DNA of 64,000 nucleotides from Octopus vulgaris (lineage: Eukaryota), in NCBI GenBank assembly GCA_951406725.2, contig OX597829.1:5828001-5892000 (forward strand). Direction: 5' to 3'. The position numbers were made by a program, and so were the translations under genes. The notes beneath the pieces were generated by a model that saw only the letters and a list, made by a program, of their open reading frames with translations, was not told the origin of the DNA and did no database searches. Below are positions 1-11,264 of this stretch, piece by piece (the first letter of the stretch is position 1; every line of letters starts with the position of its first letter).

Positions 1-51
1 AATAATAATAATAATAATAATAATAATAAGAAGAAGAAGAAGAAGAAGATA

Positions 52-257
52 GCGATAGCACAAGGCCTGAAATTTGGAGGGAGATGACTAGTCGATTACA
101 TCAACTCCAGTGTTCAACTGGTACTTAATTTATCGACCCCGAAAGGATAAAAGGCAAAGTCGACCTCGACGGAATTTGAACTCAGAAAGTAGCAACGGGC
201 AAAATACCGCTATGAATTTCGTCCAGGGTGCTAACGACTCTGCCAGCTCGCCGCCTT
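52..257 (-). mobile_element. SINE family B (tRNA-related head, short AT-rich tail), near full length
   Basis: Minus strand reads aaggcggcgagctggcagagtcgttagc...ttctgagttcaaattccgtcgaggtcgactttgcc...aagtaccagttgaacactgg...aaatttcaggccttgtgc. It contains a B-box-like GAGTTCAAATTCC and recurs at more than 10 positions in the window. Confidence 0.85.
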
Positions 258-354
258 AACTAATTAATTAATTAACTGATTAATAATAATAAAAATAACA
301 ACAGCAATAACAACAACAACACTAATAATAAATAAATAAATAAAAACATAATAA

Positions 355-760
355 TGAAAGCAGATCCTAACACTAAATGCAGAATGTAAGCAGTTATATT
401 CACAGGACAATGAACCGATATTACAACATTAAAACTGACAATAGGTGGTATGAACATATGCCAAACAAAGTACAAGACAACGACCAGGCTACAATCATGT
501 GGGATAAACTTGTTCAAACTGACTAAGAAAAGCCCAGACATAATAATCGAAGATTGGGAAAAATATACCTGATAACTGATAGACATTGAAGTCCCTTCTG
601 GTTAAACTATAGTGCAAATGGAGGTGGAAAAAAATTGTCGAAGTGCAAAGACCTCGAAACTGAGGCATTCAAGATGTGGGGCATAAAGGTGGAAACGATA
701 ACAATAATAATTGGAACATTAGGCATGATAAAAAAAATATGAACGAAAACGTAGAAGCTA
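355..760 (+). mobile_element. Degenerate 3' fragment of an R4/Dong-type LINE (zinc knuckle and RLE remnant) after a TAA tract
   Basis: Broken-frame remnants KCRM, KPDIII.D, LIDIEVP, KLSKCKDLE, MWGIKVETITIIIGTLGMIKK parallel the C-terminus of the Dong copy at 25.2-25.7 kb. Confidence 0.7.
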
Positions 761-799
761 TATATTATTATTATTATTATTATTATTATTGTTATTATT

Positions 800-1175
800 T
801 TTTTCTTCTTTCAAATTTGCTTCCATTTCTTGCCGAGTGTCTTCCCGACTCCTAGGGCAAAGAAACTCATATTATACATTGGTAGGCCATTAAACCAAAC
901 TCAGTAGTTCGTTCATTTTTTTTTTTTTTTTGTTAAATACATGAGCAGCAACAGTTCTCACATCTTCTGTTTGTGCCTTATATAATTTCCACTCATTTCT
1001 TATTTTTATTTTCCTTAAATTTTCGTTGCTTCTTGCAATCTTTTCAATAGTCTTGACTCTCAATTTCCCCAAGACACCTGATGAAGGCTGGAGGGTATAT
1101 TGTCCGAAACTTGATGTTAACAACAAACAAAATGAGGACAAATATCCGTCAAATAAAAATAATGTAAATAATGTA
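800..1175 (+). mobile_element. Short Penelope-like terminal-repeat element with decayed hammerhead (family H1)
   Basis: The segment ~1060-1175 is shared with 19320-19420 (ttccccaagacacctgatgaaggctggagggtatat...aacaacaaacaaaatgaggacaaat). It follows a (TTA)n tract. The Penelope assignment is inferred from the hammerhead type. Confidence 0.55.
1073..1118 (+). ncRNA. Minimal type-I hammerhead ribozyme motif, decayed (H1)
   Basis: gacac CTGATGA a ggctg gagggtatat tgtcc GAAA c ttgatgtt. The core is intact, but stem II and stem III are mutated relative to the copy at 19339. Confidence 0.6.
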
Positions 1176-1339
1176 AGTAAGGCATTGGTTTACTCAGAAC
1201 TTTTAATAATAGTGGCCTTATAACACGAAGAAAAGACATGGCACCATATTTTGGAATCCCAAGTGAAATCTTGTGGTAATTTTATACTTCGCCGGGTCTT
1301 TGAAGCATTGAACATTTTAAGTCACACGATAAATTTTGG

Positions 1340-1372
1340 CGGCTGCTGCTGCTACTGCTACTACTACTACTA

Positions 1373-1456
<84 letters not shown>
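1340..1456. repeat. (CTG)n/(CTA)n microsatellite
   Basis: Direct reading of the sequence. Confidence 0.95.
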
Positions 1457-1936
1457 GTACTTCATGTGATTTCTTTCGAATAGAAGAGAGTCTGTGATTT
1501 GTTTGCTTGAATCGAACTTAAAATCATTGCGATTTTTTCTTTTTCTTTTTTTTTTCTTACCATTTTGGACTTCGGCAAGATGAAAGGCAGTTAACCAACT
1601 CCACATCCATACCACTTACCGCCGCCTCCCACCTTCTGTTCTATCTTCTTCATGGAGGTTTTGAACTCAGACCAAGAAATGTATGACGTGTATAAAGCAG
1701 AGCAACACACTGCCGTCTCGACCCCTTATCCACCACCCACCTCCCTAATGATAAAAATAACAAATCATGATAATTGAAATCTCACGAATATTTCGTCTGT
1801 GTTCTGTGTGAGTGTGTGTGTGTGTGTGTGTGTGTACGTGTGAAAATGAAAGAGAATGAGAGAAAAAGACACAGACACATACGCATCCAGACACACGCAC
1901 ACATATATACACATACATATATATATGCACATATAT

Positions 1937-1980
<44 letters not shown>

Positions 1981-2385
1981 GCATTGATAAAGAGAGTGAG
2001 AGAGAGAGAGAGAGAGAGAGATGGAAAGGAAGAGGGAAAGAGATGAGTGAGAGCAAACGTCGTTCAGGCACGTGTCAACTAACAAGTTGAAACAGACACA
2101 GCTGAGTATAATATTGTGTAAACATTTAAGTACAATCATAACGATGATGATTACGGCGACGACGACGGTGAATACCGCAGAAAATTATATATTTCTTTTT
2201 GTGTGTGTGTGTGAGGGTTATTTTTCACAAGGACTGTAAAAGAAATTGTTATTATAAGGTCGGTGGAGGTGGGGGGGGCAGTGTACATAGGGTGATGGAG
2301 TTACAAGTCTTTTGCTATTCAACATTCTCTTCTTAAAAATTCTGAGGTTCCTGAATTTGTTTTCCATTCATCGGTGAGATGCGGA

Positions 2386-3541
2386 AAAGAAGTACTAATC
2401 AAATACTGCAGATCGATGCAACACTTTATGACTAACTCCCACCCCAAAAAGAAGTACCAATCAAATACTGCAGATCGATGCAACACTTTATGACTAACTC
2501 CCCCCCCAAAAAAAGAAGTACCAATCAAATACAGCAGATCGATGCAACACTTTATGACTAACTCCCCCCCCCCCAAAAAAGAAGTACCAATCAAATACTG
2601 CAGATCGATGCAACACTTTATGACTAACACCCCCCCCCCAAAAAAGAAGTACCAATCAAATACTGCAGATCGATGCAACACTTTATGACTAACTCCCCCC
2701 CAAAAAAGAAGTACCAATCAAATACAGCAGATCGATGCAACACTTTATGACTAACTCCCCCCCCCAAAGAAGTACCAATCAAATACTGCAGATCGATGCA
2801 ACACTTTATGACTAACACCCCCCCCAAAAGAAGTACCAATCAAATACTGCAGATCGATGCAACACTTTATGACTAACTCCCCCCAAAAGAAGTACCAATC
2901 AAATACTGCAGATCGATGCGACACTTTATGACTAACTCCCCCCAAAGAAGTACCAATCAAATACTGCAGATCGATGCAACACTTTATGACTAACTCCCCC
3001 CAAAAGAAGTACCAATCAAATACTGCAGATCGATGCAACACTTTATGACTAACTCCCCCCCAAAAGAAGTACCAATCAAATACTGCAGATCGATGCAACA
3101 CTTTATGACTAACTCCCCCCCAAAAGAAGTACCTATCAAATACTGCAGATCGATGCAACACTTTATAACTAACTCCCCCCAAAAAAAGAAGTACCAATCA
3201 AATACAGCAGATCGATGCAACACTTTATGACTAACTCCCCCCCCAAGAAGTACCAATCAAATACTGCAGATCGATGCAACACTTTATGACTAACTCCCCG
3301 CCAAAAAGAAGTACCAATCAAATACTGCAGATCGATGCAACACTTTATGACTAACTCCCCCCCAAAAGAAGTACCAATCAAATACTGCAGATCGATGCAA
3401 CACTTTATGACTAACTCCCCCCAAAAAGAAGTACCAATCAAATACTGCAGATCGATGCAACACTTTATGACTAACTCCCCCCAAAAAAGAAGTACCAATC
3501 AAATACTGCAGATCGATGCAACACTTTATGACTAACTCCCC
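2386..3541 (+). repeat. Minisatellite of 19 units of ~58-66 bp, inside a family-B SINE
   Basis: Unit aaaagaagtaccaatcaaatactgcagatcgatgcaacactttatgactaact(c)n. There are 19 gaagtac occurrences from 2388 to 3489. Unit length varies only through the C-run and A-run at the junction. Confidence 0.95.
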
Positions 3542-3689
3542 AAAAACTGCATGGTCTTCTATCTCTGATAGAAATCGTTACAATTTTCTTGAAGTTATTT
3601 TGACTTTGAAGTATGTAAAGAAATCACTCATAGAGTTGAGGACAATGGAGTGGCGTCATCATTAAAATGTCAAAGAAAGTGACATACGG

Positions 3690-3835
3690 TATTAGTTATA
3701 ATCATTTGCGTCCTGAGTTCAATTCCGCCGAGATCAGCTTTGCCTTTTACTTTTCTAATGTCGATGAAATAATAAGGTTGATATGTTTGATATTTTCCTT
3801 CAAATTTTCTGGTCATGTGTCTATGTAAAAAAACT
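3690..3835 (+). mobile_element. Degenerate SINE family B
   Basis: cctgagttcaattccgccgagatcagctttgcctttt...gtcgatgaaataa...aaattttctggtcatgtg. Confidence 0.6.
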
Positions 3836-4190
3836 GTTATTTTCATATTTTTAGTGTGTGAGTTTTACTTTATTGTTTTCTTCACGTGCTGATGTTTTGT
3901 ATGCAATGTGGTATTTGCCATTTTGGGATGTTTAGTATTTTTGTACATACTACATAGATCGTGTTGAATATTTTAGTGATGATTATTATTGCATAGCGTA
4001 TGTGGTGCTTTTGTTGTGGATAGCAAGTGTGTAGAATATAAGTCCTTGTTACTATAGTATTTAGTGTGAGTTGTGAAATAGTATGTACACTATTATTTTG
4101 TTGGATCGTAGTTGCATAGAGTGTGTGCTCTATCATATTATTATTAGGTTCTGATTTTGTTGATTATGTACCGTCTCAATTGTTAATTGT

Positions 4191-4233
<43 letters not shown>

Positions 4234-4394
4234 TAGTGCGTGTTGTGCATGTAGCTTATTCTCAGATTTGTGGGACTGAATTTAAAGTTTCTCACGTGGA
4301 ATGTGTGCTGTGATTAGCCAGTTTACTTTTTAGAATGTGCGCAACGTTGCAATTTCTGGTACAGCCTTTAATTATTTTGCTTAGGAACGGCTTT

Positions 4395-4995
4395 TGGGAG
4401 GTAACTGCAGATTTGCCTGGGTGCCAGGTTTTCTTTCTCATCCCAGTTTCGAAAAAACCCCAGATATTTTGATGTGGTGTGAAAGAAAGAAAGTTGAAAA
4501 TATAGTCGAGCTAACGGTTCCTCATGAAGATAATATGGACGCCGCTCGGGCTCGAAAATTGAACCGTTATGAAAATCTCCTCGAGGAATGTGAAGACGCA
4601 GGCTGGAAAGCGGAACATTTTCCTATCGAAGTCGGATGTAGAGGGTTTGTTGGACACAGCGTGAGACGACTGTTGTTATCGATAGGCTTAACTCATCGTA
4701 AAGTCAATACCACCATGACTGATATCCAATCTACAGTGGAGAAGGCTAGCCACTGGATTTGGTTAAAAAGAGACGATGATCGATGGCTAGAAGTATATTG
4801 AGTTCTTCATAACCAGCTGATCTAGCAAGCGGGGCCTCATATCAGTGAGGGGGCCGGTGCGCATTGATGCCATCAAGAGGTAGGCCCCGAAACGGCGCGC
4901 ATTCTCTCCTGATGACCCCATACACTTGCTAGCTTCCGGTATACGGAGCTTTTAACTGGTAGCACTTGCATGTGCAAGTTGTTTGCAAGACATCT
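4395..4995 (+). mobile_element. 3' fragment of a HERO/NeSL-type RLE non-LTR retrotransposon (endonuclease C-terminus plus 3' UTR)
   Basis: ORF 4394-4801 contains PDILMW...IVELTVPHED...ARKLNRY..L.EEC...GW.....PIEVGCRGFVG.S...EKASHWIWLKR. This is the PD-(D/E)xK restriction-like endonuclease end characteristic of HERO elements. A GC-rich 3' UTR follows. Confidence 0.85.
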
Positions 4996-5009
4996 AAGAC
5001 CTTATGCAT

Positions 5010-5990
5010 AATTATTATTGGTAGTCCAGCTTATTTCAATTTGAAGATCTTTGTAGTTTGATAGTTTCTCAATCTACTTTTGAGCGATAAGCTGTTCAGA
5101 AATATTAAAGATGTCTATTAGGGACCAAAGGTTTTTGGTCCTGTACTTGGTTATTATATCTGAACTGGTTGCCTTAATCTCTTTGTTACTTTCTACAGAC
5201 ATGTCCTAGGTTATTTTTGGCCAGGTCATTTTCATGTACTGTGTTTAGAATCTGTTTATAGCACTTCACATACGATTAAACATCTACTCGGTTGTATCAG
5301 CGCATATACATTGACTTGGGAATAGTTGGACAGTTACAAATTATGTGGTCCTTTGTCTTTCGTGCTGACAAGATAGACACAACTTAAGGTTACTTCTACA
5401 TTGTTTTACTTTTATAGTTCGTTATGGCTAAATATTGATGCTGTGTAACTCAGATTTGACCACGTCTTTCTAATTTTATCCTAGAATTTGAGATATTATT
5501 GGTGCCTACTCTGACTTATCTCTTCGTCCACAACTTGTAATGTAGTACCCATGGTGTGTTTTTCTTTCAACAGTTTAAAATATATTTTTGCATTCCGTTT
5601 TGATTTTGTCTTACGTTATTTTTTAAACGTTTCTGTTTTGTCTTTATCTGAATCTTATGCTTCAGTTTAGTAAGTTTCCAGATTGTACTTCATTAACTCC
5701 ACGCATAAATAGATTTCTTTTCTCTTTATTCTCTTGTGCCCTGACTGCTCTAATCATATTCCTTTCGCTTATACCAATTATTTTTCTAACCCCACTGTTG
5801 TTTCTTACTGGTGGTTTTCTATGTGCACCAGACGCCATAGTTTCTTGTTTCTTCTTGTTTCTATGCTATTCATTTCAGGGCGGGAGATTGCTAATATCAT
5901 TGGAACGTTTGGGTCGAATGCAGCACTCTAGCAATTCTTTCGGTTGTTTCCGATCAGAGTTCATCGTTCTGGAGTCGATAATGCAGCGGT
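5010..5990 (-). mobile_element. Old, heavily degraded R4/Dong-type LINE 3' part
   Basis: Minus-strand remnants KEIKA.S.DII, LIDI and IEKLSNYKDLQIEIS resemble the Dong RLE motifs KEIKANRPDI and EKLSKYKDLEIEI. Many stops and frameshifts. Confidence 0.55.
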
Positions 5991-6362
5991 CATCTACTGA
6001 GATTGATGTAATCAATTATACTTCTTCCATTCACAAATCCCATGCCTAGATAGAAAATTGTTAATACTGTAATCGTAACAAATCTTGCTGACATTGCCTC
6101 TTATAAGCTTCTCTATGAAACGAAATATTTTACAAGTTGCGAGAGAGTTTTTTTTTTTGTTTTGGTCAAAATGCTCGAACACAGATAGCTTCCTGAAGTT
6201 TTTTTTTATCTCTCCTACAGGAGTTAACAAAAGAAAAAATCGCAAGTTTTGGGAGGTCTATATTTTCCTTCACATTACCCATATACAAAAAATAGCTCGC
6301 AATATTTCTCATCACACCCATAAAGAAGCTGAAAATGCACTAACTCGCAGAAGAGCTTTCAT

Positions 6363-6480
6363 TTCTTCTTCTTCTTCTTCTTCTTCTTCTTCTTCTTCTT
6401 CTTCTTCTTCTTCTTCTTCTTCTTCTTCTTCTTCTTCTTCTTCTTCTTCTTCTTCTTCTTCTTCTTCTTCTTCTTCTTCT

Positions 6481-6513
<33 letters not shown>

Positions 6514-6538
6514 CCTTCTTCTTCTCCTCCTCCTCCTC
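6363..6538. repeat. (TTC)n microsatellite ending in (TCC)n
   Basis: Direct reading; source of the poly-S and poly-R ORFs. Confidence 0.95.
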
Positions 6539-6899
6539 ACTGTCATTATTATTGTTGGTGGTGATGGTGGTGCTGTTGCTTCATTTGCCGCAAGAAAGGT
6601 AGATGACGGAGACATTACATGAACAAATCAGAAAGGCTACATGATGAATTGTTTATAAAACAAATGGCATGGACAGAAGAAATGAAATGTCACGCCCCAG
6701 TACGGGACAGCCTTCTGGGATGGTAAAAAAGGGGACACATAAATCCAGCATTACCCTTACTGTCAAGGGAAATCTTTTCTGGCGCTATGTTCTCCAGCTT
6801 TCGAATCTACGCTAGGAATAGCCGCAAACACAGTTTTTACTATAATTTCTTGTTATTTTTAATAGATAGTAAACAAGATGGTTGAAAAATCGTATTAAA

Positions 6900-7045
6900 C
6901 ACTTTGTTGTGTTTTTATATTCTAAATTCAAATTTACAGCGAGGATAATCTTGATCGCCATATCATTCTACTCGATAAAATTAGTACCAGTTGGGCATTG
7001 TAGTCGATTTAAGTGAATACTTCCTTTCCACACAAATTTCTACTA
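6900..7045 (+). mobile_element. Degenerate SINE family B
   Basis: ttctaaattcaaattt...gataaaattagtaccagttgggcattgtagtcgat...cacaaatttc. Confidence 0.55.
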
Positions 7046-7089
7046 CTACTAATTATAATAATAACAACAACAACAACAACAATAATAAT

Positions 7090-7300
7090 AATCCTTTCAA
7101 CTGTAGGTACAAGGCCTGAAATTTTGAGGGAAGGGCTAAGTTGATTACATCGACCCCAGTACACAACTGGTACTTATTTTACCGACTGCGAAAGGATGAA
7201 AGGCAAAGTCGACCTCGGCGGAATTTGAACTGAGAACGTATCTACGGAACAAATGCATGTAAACATGCCGTCCAGCACGCTAACAATTCTGCCAACTTCG
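7090..7300 (-). mobile_element. SINE family B
   Basis: Close match to 52-257 (aaggcctgaaatttt...catcgaccccagt...aaggatgaaaggcaaagtcgacctcggcggaatttgaac). Confidence 0.85.
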
Positions 7301-7714
7301 TTCTTGTTAGAAAGCAATGCAAATAAGAACTGAGTACCTACTCTTTTTTTAAGAGTTTTTTTTTTATGGAAGAATACTTTAATTTTTGCATTCCTTTATT
7401 TTTTTTTCATTACTTTCAAACATCGGACTGTGATGAAACTAGAGAATTTATATTGGCTTTCAATCAATTCTACCGATCGCTTACGTTACTTATCGGGTAT
7501 TCATTTTTCGACATGAATTATTTTCGAACGAATTATTAAGTGACCCTGGGTGAAAACTACTAACATGTTTATGTACACCAAAAACTTTACTTCTTCTGGC
7601 TGTCTCTGGTGTTATTTTGTGCCACTTGAAGAAGAAGAAGCACAAAATTCAGAACTTTAAATAAAAATATTTGCTACTTATAAGTTGCAACAAATTTGCA
7701 TTAACGTGACTACT

Positions 7715-7810
7715 CTGTCTGCTAGAAATAACAAGACAAAAATCGCCTCAAGTATCCTATCCTGAAGACTTAAAATATACAGAACGTCTAGGATTATACT
7801 AACGTAATTA
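7715..7810 (+). repeat. Old dispersed repeat family (ctgctagaaatagcagccaaatctccctcaaatcacaccct...ggataatgtagtcctag), representative copy
   Basis: Degenerate copies also at ~9640-9730, 9785-9900, 11470-11690, 33490-33600, 51600-51700 and 54850-54950 (+), and ~28700-28900, 31340-31560, 45160 and 53530 (-). Class unknown. Confidence 0.5.
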
Positions 7811-8364
7811 TAAAAAATTGCGAACAAAAAGAAATAATGTGTGTGTGTGTGTGTGTGTGTGTACGCATATTTGCTGCTGCATCTGTTAGTCCGTAATTGT
7901 TCATCTCTCTTTTATGTTGTTGTCCGTCATGTTTTAAGTCTTTTTTATTCGTGTAACGCCTACTGCCTCAACATTGCTTAGAATCGCTGGCGGATCCAGA
8001 AGAATTGTGCTGTGGAATTAAGTCACCAGAGTGTAATCGTACCGAAGCTGTGTTGACTTTGCACGAGAGAGGGTGAAAGGTTTTCCATGTTTTATCGTCC
8101 AATTCCGTCAATCGTTTCTACTTCATCTAACTTTACTGTTTACAGATATTTTACACACATGCATAAATATGTAAAGTGTAGTTAATCGTGTCTATGGCAC
8201 GTGCGAACACACACACACACACACACACACACACCCAAATCATCTTGTTAAGTCTGTACGTTTTGGAAACACCTTTCTCATCCGGTATAGAATGACTGTA
8301 AGGTAACATGGGAAAACAGAATTGAAGGAAACAAATTAACATGTTGCAAAAATAATTATGAAAT

Positions 8365-8766
8365 GAGTGGCTGTGTGGTAAGTAGCTTGTTTACCAACCA
8401 CATGGTTCCGGGTTCAGTCCCACTGCGTGGCACCTTGGGCAAGTGTCTTCTACTATAGCCTCGGGCTGACCAAAGCCTTGTGAGTGGATTTGGTAGACGG
8501 AAACTGAAAGAAGCCCGTCGTATATATGTATATATATGCGTGTGTGTGTTTGTATGTCTGTGTTTGTCCCCCTAGCATTGCTTGACAACCGATGCTGGCG
8601 TGTTTATGTCCCCGTTACTTAGCGGTTCGGCAAAAGAGACCGATAGAATAAGTACTGTGCTTACAAAAGAATAAGTCCCGGTGTCGAGTTGCTCGATTAA
8701 AGGTGGTGCTCCAGCATGGCCGCAGTCAAATGACTGAAACAAGTAAAAGAGTAAAAGAGTAAAGAG
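8365..8766 (+). mobile_element. SINE family A (tRNA-derived head, internal TA/TG microsatellite, (GTAAAAGA)n tail), full length
   Basis: A-box-like TGGCTGTGTGG and B-box-like GGTTCAGTCCC. Central ccttgggcaagtgtcttctactatagcc...gtgagtggatttggtagacggaaactgaaagaagcccgtcg. Tail ...gactgaaacaagtaaaagagtaaaagagtaaaagag. More than 10 copies in the window. Confidence 0.9.
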
Positions 8767-10224
8767 AGATTTTAATCCCCACCCATCAAATTGATGCTAT
8801 GTTCATCTGTTATTTTTGATATCACTTATAATGTTCTGGTTATTTCCCGTATGTCGAATTATCCACAAATAATTTATCACGGCCCCGTATATATTACAGT
8901 AACAGATTTGCACCTAAATATACTTTCTCCTTCAAAGAGATATATTGTTTGCAAAACTTAACGGTTGTGTTTGACTGCATACGAAACATTGTTGTTGTTG
9001 TTGGTCAATCCAGACTAGTCAGGCGTACACGTGATCGAATGCATTCCAGCCAGCTTCATTTAATTTCTTTTCCTTCATGACAGGTAATTCTCAACCATTT
9101 TTCTCTCATGAACTTTTTTGATTTCTATTTTACTGGGGACAATCCATCATGGCCATTGCATGTTTAGAAAAAAACCCTAATATATATTTAAAATTACATA
9201 TCATTAGGAATTCTATAAAAGACTTGTTTAAAATGTTTTGCGTTTTGTGGACCCCAGTTGAAAACCACTGCTCTATAAGTTGCATATACAATCACAATAG
9301 TGCACTTTATTTTTGAAGAATTTTGTGTGATATTCAAGAGAAAACTGACTGCTATCTAGCAAGTCTAGCGCCAACGTTGAGGTGCCGCCATTAGGTCAAA
9401 GTGCGCATAAATATAAAAACGGTTGAGATAGATATAATCAAACAAAATCACACCGTTACGTGACACTACTCCGCCAATGATTATGATGCAAATTTTACAA
9501 CAACTTCGTTTCCATTGTAGTTATTGACCAGGAATATAGGGTTATGCTGATCTATAAAAATAGTTCCAAAGTTTAGTAAAAATAAGATGAATATGCACTT
9601 AGAAACGTCTTCACCCACAATACAAGGGAAGATCTTTCCTTTGCTAGAAACGATGTCAAATCACTCTCAAACTATATATACTCTACCGTCTTTAAAATCA
9701 AGACATACTAGATAATGTAGTATTTGAACACATCTTATGGGCCCACGAACGAACCATCCAACAGGGGAGATGTTATGCTGTTCTACGACCTGCTATAAAT
9801 AGCAACCAAACCCTCCTTATATTAAACTCACCGTTTAGGAAAAGAATTCCTTGGATAATGTGGTCCCAAGTTTTCTGCACTTGCAAAAACATTAGGTAGG
9901 ACACGGTCGATCATACTCGATCATACTCGATTTTGAGCCACACGAAATAAACAATCAATGAATATAGAGAGATAATTTGCTGGTTCCTACTCTTACTAGA
10001 AATAGGAGCTGGTTTCATGCTTTTCTAGATTTTCTGACTTATTGGTGGTCATTTATTTGTTCAAACAACTGAATTGTTACACGAAGTTATCGTGTCCGTA
10101 GTTGAGAGTACATATCTACGTGGAACTTTAAGGAATCTACATGACACGAGGTGACAAGGCAGGAACTTTTAATTACTGGTACTATCTATTTTTAATGGGG
10201 AAAAGAAGAAGAAATCTTAAGAAG

Positions 10225-10365
10225 AACAGGATTTTATTAATTCCCAAGAGAATGAAAGGAAAAGTTGATCTCGGTGGGATTTTAATTAAGGGCAAGGAAT
10301 CAGGACGAATACCATAAGTCATTCTATCGAATGCGGTAATGATTTTTTTGCCAATTCAGCGTCTT
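10225..10365 (-). mobile_element. Degenerate SINE family B
   Basis: gaatgaaaggaaaagttgatctcggtgggatttt...gccaattcagcgtctt. Confidence 0.5.
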
Positions 10366-11224
10366 ATAAAGAGGAACATTGTATAATTTGGTCATGATTA
10401 TGGTCTACTTCACATACAAAACATTCCAGATCACGGCTGGAATGCTATTGATCATAAGTTTGATGAGCATGAGGCCAAAGATGACAGCAAGTGGCCATAC
10501 AACAAGGATTAAGAGAAAGCTATTCTCTGAATTTTGGCTCTTTAATTTATGTATTTTACTTGGTGATATTGGAATCGCTCACTACAGTTGTAATATACAC
10601 GACGGAAATCAGATAGTGATATATCACGAATATGTAAGTGAGGGTGATTTCCGTAATGTGAAATGCATCTACTGGGAATTTTATAATAAAATCTCCCCAA
10701 ACATTGATTAAGTCTCCGCCATATTGTATTGATGCACATCATGTTTATTTATGTTTGAGTTACGCATGCAACGTAAGTAACGTACAATAATTACTCTTTT
10801 GTGATATACACACACTAAACTCACAATCGCGCACTGGCACACACATACTCACACATACACTTAGTCAAGCACATACAGACACATATAGATACATAAGCAT
10901 ATGTATGTGTGTGTGTGTGTGTGTATTCGTATGTGTATATATAAACTGATATGTTTTACCTCTCCAAATCTCACTCCCCTTCTCATGTTTTCTTTAATAA
11001 AGCTGAGTGGACGAACTATACTGTACAAAACCTGTTGGGACATTCTGATTGGTCAGAAGAGATTATTGAAACTACTATGTAACTAACCTTTTTTGTCACA
11101 CAAAGATAAATTCTTAGACCACAAACATTCTAAGAATAATATTGATTCTCTATGACAGAGGTCAAAAATCTTTGATACGATTCGCCACGATAATCCTGCA
11201 AACTCTGTCTTTACTCTCTCTCTC

Positions 11225-11264
<40 letters not shown>

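Noticed and set aside
2386-3541. CRISPR-like regular array and overlapping repetitive ORFs
   Set aside because: Units are head to tail with no unique spacers, only homopolymer length changes. There are no cas genes and the context is eukaryotic. The ORFs are frame-shifting translations of the repeat.
4882-4920. Type-II hammerhead in the HERO 3' UTR (GAAA...CTGATGA)
   Set aside because: The would-be stem II strands (gcccc and cccca) are not complementary, and there is no stem I or III.
6085-6615. Poly-Ser and poly-Arg ORFs
   Set aside because: Translations of (TTC)n.
10379-10711. 110-aa ORF in non-repetitive sequence
   Set aside because: Non-ATG start, no recognisable motif and no convincing splice-site pair.
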